64,000 bases of DNA from Lingula anatina (Eukaryota > Animalia > Brachiopoda). The position numbers were made by a program, and so were the translations under genes. Under the pieces are notes generated by a model. That model was not told the origin of the DNA. It saw only the letters and a list, made by a program, of their open reading frames with translations, and searched no databases. Where the stretch lies: contig CM120644.1 in NCBI GenBank assembly GCA_051362555.1, positions 4,968,954-5,032,953 of the forward strand, read 5' to 3'. Positions 26,498-38,115 of the stretch are shown here, piece after piece; position 1 is the first letter of the stretch, and each line of letters starts with the position of its first letter.

Positions 26498-29400
26498 TTT
26501 ATAACTGGACATATATCAGTTGAAAGAATTTACTAGTAATGTAAACACTTTCGGCATAACACTTGTCTATTGCCCTAGATAATGGCATCAGGACGGGGCT
26601 TACTTAATTTGTTGAAAGAGAAAGATAAATTATTGATAATGAAGTATTATTGTTAATGAAAAAATTAGAATTTTGCCAAATAGCAAAGCTGTTGCAGCCC
26701 ACACAGTACTGAGTGTCCCGAGGCAGATGTCATGTTTCAGTGATTCTAGAAACCCTTTGAATGTCTATTTAACATTTATATAAAGTAATAAAGTATGCAA
26801 GATCATGGATGGCTGCAGATAGAAGTTTTGATCACAAGGTCAGGTTGTGCCTTGAAATTTAGCTTGTAACTGAGGACAGAAGAAATGATATGATATTATT
26901 GTGTTTGTGTGTGTATGTTGGGGGGGGGGGGGTGGAAGGAGAGAGAGAGAGAAAGAGAGAGAGAAAACAAAAGTGAAATGGCATAATTGTTAAAAAGTGC
27001 TATACCTGTGCCCTGTTAATATTATCACGCTTAAAACACATGGCTTGGCAAACTAGACTGATGTCAATTCAAAGACCATGTTAAAGTGAGAGTACCTGCC
27101 AAAAATGTTTGGCCCTGGAAGTAGGCGGGTTTGTACAAGAGAACTACAGACCGAATACAGGTCTTACTTTCAACACCAAAACACCCAAGTCAGCTTGGAC
27201 TCAAACATAAAATTGGTACTAGTCCACTAAAATCAAGTACCATGCAAATTTTGTGAAAAAAAATGGCTAATGCTGCAGGCTTACAGTAAATTATAGTTAC
27301 TTTATTGAAATGGAATGCTGAGGATTTAGACTGAACTGAAATAGGTAGGTACTTGTGGTCAGGCATTCTTTAGATGACCCCCTGGAGATATTTGGCTGTG
27401 GACATTGGTCATTATTTCTTTACAGTTGACAGCAGTTCACTGACCTCCTCTCATGTTATGACATTCCTCTAAAAGAATGTCATATGAAGATAGGTCTTTG
27501 ATAAAAAAAGATAAAAAGATGGTTAAAAAGTCAGTCACTGGGTTGGGATTATGTGCCTAATCCTATCCTAAAAATTTTATGGTGGCAGTGCAATATGAAG
27601 CCAGAAGTGTGTGTTGTGTGTGTGTTGTGGGGGGGGGTGAATGATGGTAGAAAATATACCGTATGCAGTTAAAAAAGGATAATTTTTGTAAAAGTATTGG
27701 AACGTTCTATACTGTAATGTAAGCTACAAAATGCATTTCACAAAGAAAAGGCATGTAAAATATAACTAATCAACTGATGTGAATTTTTAAAAAAAGTTTT
27801 CTGTTTTGTACAGTTACAATGTCCATTTGAGTGAAGGTTTTTCAGACATTTAATCAAAGAACTGTTACAGCCTGGTAAGCAGTTAAATCTTAGCTGGCCA
27901 TGACTCCAAGAGTAAGTGCACATTTCCTGTATTTATGCCTTGTGGTTTTGACTTTGGTTAACCACATGTTAGGGGGTAAACATGGAGGTGAACCAGGTCT
28001 ACACTCCAACCACAATCCAATTCACATTTAACCACAGTAAATGATGTAGCCAGCTCTAGGAGGTGATGAAGTGTTAATACAACCAAATTATCTGTAAACA
28101 TTTGAGTTCATGATGTATATTTTGGGCCCTGTAGCCAGTGATTTCAAGAGGGGGGGGTCTTTTTCTGAAAAAAAAAAACTTTTATACTGCAGGCTCTTAT
28201 TTAACTGAACATGACAAAAAGCACAAAACCTAAGTAAAATTTTAATGTAGTCTGGACATTTTTTGCTCAAAATCAAATTTCTTCCAACCGGTTCCTGTCT
28301 CATACCCCTCTGTCCATGCACAGGAGTGGAGCCAAGATTGTCTTCACAACAAGAAGATAATAACCTTAGGCTTGATTTAAAACTCAACTTTATGCTGGGT
28401 ATTAACTTTTAAGACCCAGGCAAAAGCTCCTGTAGGTTTTATAACTATTTGTGGTTAGATCAGATCACCAGCCTGAATAATAACTATTGGCCACAATTGA
28501 CTGTGCTAGGTGTTAATGATAAGTTTGATCTCCATATCTAAGAGAAATGTTTGCTCTGTTTTACTGTTATATTTCTATCTGTAGAGCAGTTGGAGCCAGT
28601 TACTCCCATAAAACTATGTAAGGAAGTCAGAGTAAACGTAACTAGATATAAAATGTGCCTGACAGAGGTTATCAAATTGTAAAAGGTGTAGTGTTTAAAG
28701 GACCATCCTCATAAATGCGCTGGGAGGCCCAAATGGGACAGCGCAAGAAGTAAGGCCCCTAAGATGCACTAACCTGATATATATATTCTGAGTTTCTAAA
28801 TGTTTACTGTTATTATGTCTACCTTTTGACAGAAGACGACCCTAAGCTGTTCGAACGAGATATTTGGCTTGTAATAAGGCCAGAACATCTCCATAGATGT
28901 ATAAGTTACAGAATCATAGCCCATTACGGAGAGTTAGAACAAAATTATTATAGATCTCAATAAATTATCGCTCAGGTAATGATCATGAAAGATCGCACAA
29001 CGATGTATCTTAGCAAGAGGCGCCAGGGCATGGAATGCCAGTTATGCCATAATGAGAGGATTCTAGAATACCCAAGACATAAATTGGCTGGTATGCTACT
29101 CCTGAAAGGTGTCCGTATGGTTCCTGTTAGGTAACGGTTTACATCTCTGTTTTTTCACCCTCACTAAGTGGGGAAGTTAAGTGATTGTTGGGCAGAGATT
29201 GGCCTTCTCACCTAGAAAGCACTTTAAAGGTAGAGGGTACAAAACTGATTGTTTTATGCCTCACTCCCCCCCCCCTTCTTCCTGGCCTCCCAGCCCATCC
29301 CCTCTTGACCAAAATGTGCAGATCTTTCCTCCAACAAATTCCATGCCATTTTATTGGTTATAAGTATGTCCTACTCAAATAGTAAAATGTGTTGTGAGCA

Positions 29401-30840
29401 TTAAGACTGAGACAACCTGACAGGCTCTACTTGGAGAGGAGAATAAAAAGGAACACCTGGTTATTTAGCTGCAAGGTGCTGTTGTTTGGTTGTTTGAGAG
29501 AAAGCACCTGATATTTTGTCAGTAAGGCTGAAAAAGAAAGGAAAAGAAAACCAGTTCCTAATGTGATTATACATGTTTTTTTCAAGGGCATTTAGATTTT
29601 TTAACCTATTTTAAATGTATTTCCATTATTTCAACAAGTGCATTATAACATATGGGGTTGTCTTTCCAACCACACAAGGTACTTGAGGAAGGATTTTAGC
29701 TACTTCTTGAACGCTAAAGAAATGGGTGGAAGGGGGGGGGGAGCACATTGTTTTTGCAACCCATTTCTTCTGCTAGTCACACCTGAAACATGAACAAAAA
29801 CACACATATGGTTCATTAGACACATTTTAGACTGATTTTCAGTTTGAAATAGTTCTGGTCTTAACGCAGCTGGTTTTAAACTTCTTGGGCTTATGTTCAG
29901 TCTAGAAAAGTCCTGGTTCAATTTGATGTGGCCCTTTCTTTGTCTATTGTTACGGACACATTTAAAAGAAAAGGTTGAAGATTGTGTGAATTAAATTTAT
30001 TCCAACAGAAGTGGATATTCTTAAAAAAAGGGGGGATCATCTTATTATAATTTTTTTTTCTTTTAACTTCCTTATAACCCTTACCATATGATGGCTGGAT
30101 ACATTTACTCAGATACTATTCATCAAGTTATTTTTCTTCTCTCCCCCCCCCTTTTTTTTTAACCACCCCTTTTGGAAATTAAAATTGAAAGAATCAGTGC
30201 AATATGTCTGGTTACGTGAAATGCACTAGGAACGCACAGGATATTGATTTTGTCTGAACAGGGCATCTGTATGAAACTGTCAGCAGAGGAAGCAGGCCAT
30301 CATTGAGAATCACAAGAATGTTGGCACAGTAACAGTGTTGTAGCTTTGTAAATGTCAGTTTGCCAGAAATAGTTGAGTACTGTGCTGGCGGGGAGGGTGC
30401 AATGGCATTTTGTGTCAGAGTCCATGAGGCCAGCACGTGCCTTTTTTTCTCTTTTTTTCCTTTCCCCCAGATTAGTTGAGAACTGGTTCTCACATATTCT
30501 GTTAGTTTGATAAGGTTAGATTGGATGTTGATGCTGATCAGATTTGTAATGCGTCATGTTGTATATAATAAGATCCCCATTAAAGTTAATGGGATCTGGA
30601 TTAGACATGTGTAATGGGTCCATGTGTGTGTTCTCTTAGGAGGGTCTCTCTGACTAAGTTGCAATAAAAAGTTGTGATTACGTTTAATATGCTGCTTTTT
30701 GAAAAAATGATATGAAAAATAACATGCATGTAGCAATGCATTTTATTGAGAGAGAGAAAAAGACTGTTTAATCCTTTCTTGAAGAATTGTCTGTTTGCCC
30801 TACTTGGGAAATTGTCCGTTTTCCTACTCAGGGAAAGTGG

Positions 30841-30872
<32 letters not shown>

Positions 30873-31250
30873 AGTTTTCAACAATGGATAGTTATTTTAT
30901 CTCTGCTTTATAACAGTAGTGTTGTCATTGTCTTCTTTGCAATGTCAACAATACATAGTTTTGTTGTTCCAACAATAGCCTACATTCTGTGTCCATTGTT
31001 GAAGGTGAAACTTTGTGTTGCATTGTTGAAAGTTAATTGTTTACTGGATTTTTGTGTTCTCAATCCCAATTGGCTAGATTAATGATGATGTCACACTGTC
31101 ATAGTTACTTCACAGTGGTTGCATGGCAACTGTTCTTCCATCATGACAGTAATTTACCAATTTGTTCACTGTCTCAAATATTTTCTTTTCTCATGAAAAG
31201 AGGTAGGAAGTTCATATTTCTGAAGAGGAGTTTGAAATCAGGTAGTTAAT

Positions 31251-32543
31251 ATGTCATCTTCAGAAGCTGAATTTACAAATCTTGAACTACTGTGCAATCA
31301 TAGTGATGGAGAGGAGGCTGATTGCTCATCCTTTTCACAAGGATCAACTTCAATTGTAACAACAAAGTCAAGACCTACTGAATCTACAGATGTGGGGAAT
31401 TTAACAAAATCAGAATCTAGCATTGATAACTTATCAACATTAGGCTTGGCGGAATATGAATCAAATTTAGTATCAGCGAAGTCTCTGTCAGCATTCAGAT
31501 CACCAAGCTTGCTTCCCTACCCAGGATCCCAGTACTCCATGTCATTGTTGAGATCACCAGAACCTACATTGGTTACACCACCAGGATCCCAGAAATCCTT
31601 ATCAACACCAGGATCACCTAAGTCCATGTCAACATCAGGATCACCTAAATCTATGTCATCACCAGGGTCTCCAAATACTCAAAAAAGGTTTGAAACCCAT
31701 ATGCCTCATTTTTCAGTCATAGAACAAAAGACTGCAAATGAGCCATCTTCTGCTTTCTATCCTGCAGTTACAAGATTTGATACTTCCAGGTTTTTAGATA
31801 GATTCAGAAAGGGCCGAGACCAGGGAGAGAAATATGTGGTGAGCAGAGATATATCTCCTCCAGTCATAAAATCCCTGTCTAGCACATCACGCGATAGATC
31901 CCCATCACCATCGTTGTCATCTTCATCCAAACAAGGCTCCTCAAGAGGCTCCTCAAGGGGGAGTTCCCCCCTGGTGCAATCGCCCAAGGAAGGTATGTCA
32001 CGAAGTAGTTCACCATTGACAAAAAAGGACAATTCCAAAAGCAATTCTCCCCAGGCGTCCCGTGCTTCTTCCTTGTCCCCTGTGCCTTCTGGGCCAAGAA
32101 AAACCCTGCAGAGACTCAGTTTAATGTTGCCTAGCTTTCCCAAGAAAATCACAATCCCAGGTTTCAATTCTGACTCAAAAATTGGCATAACAAAAAAGGA
32201 GCAATCTAAGTCAAAATCCCCTGCAAGAGTAGAAGAAGAAAAAGAAGGTGGTGCTGATTTTGAACCAGAGTTATTTAGCATTGGCCAGTCAAAATATCCT
32301 GCTCGTACGATATCCTCAAATGATTATATCAAGCCAGGGGTACAGCAAACTGAAGAGTCTGCAGATACAGGGATGAGACCAAGAGCTTGGTCTTTAGGAA
32401 GTAGAGGGCTGAAAGGACTAGCCTCCTCCATTGCAAAGGTCCTGGTGCCCAGCGGGTCTCACAAGTCGAGATACAGCAGTTTCTTTGAGGGCATAGGGAA
32501 ACAGCATGAAAAACTGGAACAGGATGAGGATGAAAAACCAATG
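31251..32543 (+). CDS. PRKAG2: AMPK gamma: large alternative (probably first) exon, 431 codons, Ser/Pro-rich and probably disordered, phase-0 donor
   Basis: Longest ORF in the window (440 aa). In-frame TGA upstream at 31233. Donor ATG|GTAAAG at 32543/32544 is followed by T-rich sequence. Phase fits the 38070 acceptor. Gene assignment rests on position and phase, not homology. Confidence 0.72.
31581..31673 (+). repeat. Coding 27-bp (9-aa) tandem repeat, PGSPKSMST-like, about 3.5 copies
   Basis: Units start at 31581, 31608, 31635 and 31662. A related unit starts near 31521. Confidence 0.85.
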
Positions 32544-32933
32544 GTAAAGGAATGTTGGGCAAATGTATTATAATTATTGTTTATTTGATGTTTTTTGATT
32601 CTTTGTTTTTGGTGTGTAAATGTAGATTTTTTTTCCACTTGCCGAAAAAGAAAAAGCTTTAAGAAGAGAGATTTGTGTTGTTTTGGTGGGAAGTCTCTAT
32701 TTAAGTTGGACAAAAATCTGTTTCTTAACAGTGACTGTCACACAAAAAGCATAACTTCAGCGTCCCTGATTAGCTGTGGATGAGTTTAAAATGTGAGGGA
32801 TAGGGATAGTAATAATGGATAATGATGAAGACATGTGAACCGCTCAGGGCACTGTGTTAAAAAAGGTGATTTGGATTGAGCAGCAGATGTTGTTTATTAA
32901 GAGCAAGTAGATGAGGGATGTCACCGATTGGGC

Positions 32934-32964
<31 letters not shown>
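32934..32964. repeat. (CTGT)n microsatellite
   Basis: Read directly. Confidence 0.9.
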
Positions 32965-32965
<1 letters not shown>

Positions 32966-33461
32966 ACATACCAGTGAAATGATGTACAAACCACTGTCAT
33001 TTAGGTGGAATTTAGTTGGTAAGGTATAAGAAATATATGTTCCACCTAGTCATGGGGCAAACGTTGGGTCAGGTAAACAATGCATTGGCCCTGATCACAA
33101 GCTGCCAATATTGTATGAGGTATCAGTGAAATGGATCTGCTATCTTCTGGGCAGGTTTCATGTACACAAATGAAGATTTCCGTACATTACATTTCTGGGA
33201 CAGGAAGATTTTTCTCATGCTGCATTGCACCTCAAGACAGACGGCCGATACAATGGCAGATTTAGTCCCTCTCATTACCTCTGCACTTGACTACTGTCGT
33301 AAAAATATCTCGAGCTCAGACCTGAGGGAGTTTGATGAACTTATGTGAAGGTTGTATTTGGTAGCTTTACTGTTTTTTGTCATGCAAAATCCTGATTATA
33401 GTGCTTAAGGTTTGTGTAAAGTTGACCCGTAGACCTAAAAATAATGTAGTATTACTAGCAA

Positions 33462-33514
33462 CTTTGTTGTACTCCGTACTTTGGATTTGTTGTACTCCGT
33501 ACTTTGGATTTGTT
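33462..33514. repeat. 23-bp tandem duplication TTTGTTGTACTCCGTACTTTGGA
   Basis: Two exact copies plus a partial third. Confidence 0.85.
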
Positions 33515-34017
33515 GAAATTAAAAGGACAACTTTCATGCCATTAACTGCAGACATGCTTTGTACAGTGAATAGGTGCCTTTATGATTACATGTAGTTTTT
33601 CTTTTGGATTTTAATGATGCATTTAATAAGAGATGAGAATGAGATGGTAAAGATTTAAAAGAAAAGCTTAAACTGTGTGTGTATTTTTTGGGGTGTAGAG
33701 GAGGCACAATGATTAGATTATACATGAAAAGAGATAGATAGCTTAAAAAAAAACATGGACTTGCCGCTCAACCACCATAGATTTCATCCTGGCTTCCATT
33801 TTATTAGGCATGTCGGTATGTATACATATGTCCTGGAATTCACATGGCTGGTGTATGTGCTTACTATGCATATTACTCTCCATTGTGGTTGTTGTGACAC
33901 AACATTGTGCTTGTTGAGAAATCTGTTCAGCAGCAACCAGTTGCAGCTGTAACTTGACAGCTTTGTATCAGTAATATCTAGAATAGCCTCGGTTTGTGAT
34001 TTGACCACGTGCGCATG

Positions 34018-34019
<2 letters not shown>

Positions 34020-34051
<32 letters not shown>
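34020..34051. repeat. (TG)n microsatellite
   Basis: Read directly. Confidence 0.95.
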
Positions 34052-34052
<1 letters not shown>

Positions 34053-36882
34053 CTGTGTACATGCATGCATACACATATGCAATAAGAAGCTCATTTTGTG
34101 TGGACTTCCAACATAGCCCCTTAAACAATTGTAGCCTAGGTTGAACTATTCTTACTATGCAGAGGCAAAATGAAATGTGGCTACTGTTGGAATTGCATTG
34201 ACTTCCACAGCAAGTCATACTTTAAAGGAGTATGAAGCTGGTTTGATAAATGCTGTCACTGCGTCCATAATGTACAGAATAATAAAACAGGATAAAACCA
34301 CCTTTGCACTGTTCAATTGAATTTCTGGCGACAATTGTGTTAAGTGTACCCTGTGGGAGCAGTCTGTTAACAGCACAGTCTGATTCCACGAAACCTGTAA
34401 GAAGTGCTAAGGGAAAATTATTCAATAAAAGTCTGTTTAGGGTTTTCCTTTTTCCTCTTAGGGAATTGATTTGTGGGGTTTGTTTTTTAAGTCTGCCTCA
34501 TGCTTATTGGCTATGAATGCCGGGAGTATCTGTGGCCAAGGTTTAAAACAAACAAACAAAAAAAAAATGGGTCTTCATATTGCTGGTACAGCAAGTTTGT
34601 GATTGTTTGTTTGTTTATTCGTTTGTTTGTTTTATCCACAGCTTGTTGCTTTACCAAAATCTGTCCAAACACTGATTTGTATTATGTCCTTTGTTTATCT
34701 GGATTAATTTATTTATGGCAATGGTATGTGTATGCTGCCATGTAGGGCATGCACATGCATTCCTGTTTGTGTGTGTGTAACATATATCATAAAATTGCAG
34801 TTTTCTAATATTGTGTGTGTGTATGTGTGTGTGTGTGCGTTGGTGTGTGTTGGCACAAATAAAAGCGCATGTGCATCTCCTACCCACATTTGCAGAGAAC
34901 CATTGTGTTTGTTTATCCACACGAATAATACAGGACGTGACAGCACGAAACACGAGTTGACATGAAGTTAGGCAGAATGGCAATCAGTGCCATTACACAA
35001 TCCAGATAATGTGTCTCCTAGCCTGGAGAAAAAAAAAAAAAAAAACTCTGCACAACAATGTGGTTTCCATTGATAAGCAAACAGGGAAACAATGCAGCTG
35101 CCTGAAGCTATGCCTGACTCGTACGTAACATTATCTGAGAAAGATGGTGCTCAAACAAATTATCCCATCTATCCTTGACTGTTTGGTTGTTTGGTATTTA
35201 AACTTTGTATACCAGTGTAAGGCAAAGAAGAAGAAAAAAGGAAAGAAGAAAGAAAAAAGTATAAATGCTACGTTTCCTCTAGACAGTTTGTAAATTATTC
35301 AATGAAAATTCTTATGACTGTAGCATTAATCTCATCAGAAATTGACTTTTTATTTAACTTTCTTATTTTTATTTATTTATTTATTTATTTTTTAATATTA
35401 ACACTAGTATTAATTAGATCTGTAAGATGTAGCCACTCTGATATTTAAAAATTTCAGTTAAGTTTCAGTTGAAATGATTTTGTTAAGGTTTTTCTCCAAA
35501 TTGCTTTACTTCCACTGCGAGGCAGCAGTAATGAGGTAACCTTTAACGAAGATGAGACGATGTGAAACGAGAAGCATTGCTATCAAGTCATCATGACAGA
35601 TCTAAATGATTTTATGGAAAAAAAAAGAAAGAAAGAAAAAAATCCTGGACTATCCTGCAGTTATATTGATTGGCTTGGCTAAATTATTAGACTTCCACAG
35701 CCAGGCACTTAATACAGACACACAGGGAAAGGTATTTGATGGTACCACTAAAAAAAAAAAAAATTAAAAAGTCTTGTGTAAATGAAATAACATATGTTAG
35801 AATTGCATGTAGGGCAGTTGTGAAGTGTAATCAAGGCCCTGCTCATGCAAGCTGTTTTCATGGAAATTTTGGCTGTGGCATCACGCTACATTCCTAGGAA
35901 TCTTCACTTTCCGTGGTGGTTTTTATCTCCACTGGGAATACATTCAAATGGAAGTGGGATTCTGAATCAGTGCGCTGCAGCCATATTGTTATTATTGAGT
36001 GCTTGATTGATCACCCAGAGTGCTGCAGCCCTCTTTTGTTTGAGGAGAAAATGGCTCGATAAACCTGTCACTGTGGGAGTAACGGCCCCCATTGGCCTCA
36101 TTCACATCAAGACTAACTTGGACCTAAAGTACCCCACCCCAGATGACATGGTATCTTGCAGCAGAGGTCCAATGTTAGGCAGTCTGATACAAGCCTTGGT
36201 AGCACCTGTCAGATTATTTCTGGTCTGGTCTGGCCCAAGTTTCACACACAAAAAATAATAAATAAATAAACAAATTAATAAATAAATAAAGTCAGTTCCC
36301 GGCTTAGTTGACTAGGATTTCCATGAGAGTACTGAAACACTGCTCCTGATAGGGTAAGATGTGACTATGTAACGTTGGTAATTACTAGTAAGTTCTTAGC
36401 CAGGGAACCCGATTCTCCCCAATGTAAAGATCCAGTCATTGCTTTACATTGGGATTCTGCAAAACACTCGGGTTGTTCTACTTTTTAAAAAATGCGGGAC
36501 GAGAGTCAAAAAAATAAGAAATGGGAGAACTTTTGTTGCAAATACGAGGGTCTGAAAAATGAGAGAAGGGAAGAACTGTTGTTGCAAATACCAGTTTAAT
36601 AGTTTTGTTAGAGCTTTTGGATCTCTCTCGCTCTCTCTCCCTCCCCCCCCCCCCCCCTCTCTTTTTTTTTTCTTTTTCCTCTCTGGAGTTGTGGAAGTGT
36701 GAAGCATTTACCACCACATAACACTGTTAGTCTTTAAAGGGGCATTGCAGTGCAGAAATGCCAATTCAATTCCGCTTTTTTCCCCACCACTGTACTCGTG
36801 CCTGGGTAGTAGTACAGTCTCTTAACTTGCATTGTGTTTGAATAGTGATTCCTTGGGGGGGGGGCATCCACCACCCAGGGGC

Positions 36883-36970
36883 TGGCTCAGCAGGGAGGGG
36901 AAAGGGGCAGGGGAGACATGTTTGTGTTTGAATGGCTCAGCAGGGAGGGGAAAGGGGCAGGGGAAACATG
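36883..36970 (+). repeat. 50-bp-period direct repeat, each copy a G-quadruplex-forming motif
   Basis: TGGCTCAGCAGGGAGGGGAAAGGGGCAGGGGA at 36883 and 36933. Each has four G-runs of 3 or more with loops of 1-3 nt. Confidence 0.85.
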
Positions 36971-37706
36971 CAACCAGATGCTGGATTAGATAAGAATTAC
37001 TGTGGATAAAAAGGTTTGATAATTTGCCGGCAAAACTCTGCAGAGCGCTTTGCTGCAAATTAGCAGCAGCTTAGGGTTCTGGCACATGTCGTGGATTCAG
37101 ATTAACATAATGGCCTTTTGAGGAACACTGAACACGCGGTTTTTGTATCGGGTTATAGTAGTCCCAAGACGGCTCAATGTTCAAATCAGGAGGAAAAGAT
37201 AGAAAAGATAATGTTCTCAAAAGAAGAACAGACAGCCAGGCAATTACTCGTGGTTACTGGGTGAATTGCTTTCTCTGTCGGTAGTTGCTGCGTAAGATCT
37301 GCTGGTTTTTATTCCTGTTAACTCAATTTATCTGACATTACATAGAATAGCTGTGCTAGTGCCACCACATCAATAACTGGAGGATTAAAAACTTGATCCA
37401 ATCGAAGCAGTTCTGGCTCAGTATCTTAGAGAGTGCTTACTCTCTAGCTGATAGGATCAAGACTACTCGTCCGTCACTGCACTGTGTCTTGTGGGGCTGC
37501 TGCTGTTAGTGACTCTTGCGCTTTATCTCTGTGTCTTCATCGTCGAGAGTGTTCTGGTGATGAGTGCCATGTAACAAAGTTGGGCGTGTACCTACGGATC
37601 TGCTAGCTTATCTGCAAGTTGTCTGTTGAAGAACTACAACAGTTTTGGATTTAGATGACATTTTAGTTGTATTGTATGTTTTGAGAAGTGCGTTTTGGAA
37701 TTCAGT

Positions 37707-37790
37707 ATGTCTGTTCCACCTCTTTATACCAGGCGCAAAGCGCTATACGTGAAACCTTTGACTTGGAATAATAGGCCAGTGCTGAGAAAG
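37707..37790 (+). CDS. PRKAG2: AMPK gamma: short alternative first coding exon MSVPPLYTRRKALYVKPLTWNNRPVLRK (phase-0 donor)
   Basis: ATG at 37707, 28 open codons, donor AAG|GTAATT followed by an A-rich stretch. A 279-nt intron leads to the in-phase acceptor at 38070. Confidence 0.6.
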
Positions 37791-38069
37791 GTAATTTAAA
37801 AACTCAAAAAAAAAAAAAAAAAATAATAATAATAATAATAATTAAAATATTTGCAGTGATCTGCTGATCTAAGGTCAATTTCCAATGGTGTAGAGACTTA
37901 GAAATTGACTTGAAAATGGGCCAAATGACTAGATGGAAGGATGGATGGATGGTAGAAAAGAAGAAGGGTGTGTCAATGAGGGGAAAAAGTGGAGAACAGA
38001 TGAAGTGTCCCTTGATTTGACATAAGTTAAAATAGCAGTTTTATAAAATCTGTGTTCTTGTTCTTTCAG

Positions 38070-38115
38070 ATGGCCAGTTTGAGTCCTCAGATGTCGCCAA
38101 ACTCAGGGAACCAAT
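38070..38115 (+). CDS. PRKAG2: AMPK gamma: 46-nt micro-exon MASLSPQMSPNSGNQ (phase 0 to 1)
   Basis: Strong acceptor TGTTCTTGTTCTTTCAG and donor AAT|GTAAGT. It links the upstream phase-0 donors in frame to the phase-1 acceptor at 62104 (T+CT = Ser). Confidence 0.8.

Noticed and set aside
28124-28330. GGCCCTGTAGCCAG...G-run as a TIR element
   Set aside because: Only one plausible terminus; the matching inverted end was not found.
28833-28975. Apparent AG...CAG|GTAAT exon
   Set aside because: Stops in all three frames.
31757-32281. 174-aa antisense ORF, and similar antisense ORFs over the 25.5-kb and 60.6-kb exons
   Set aside because: Shadow ORFs of Ser-rich sense exons, with no splice or homology support.
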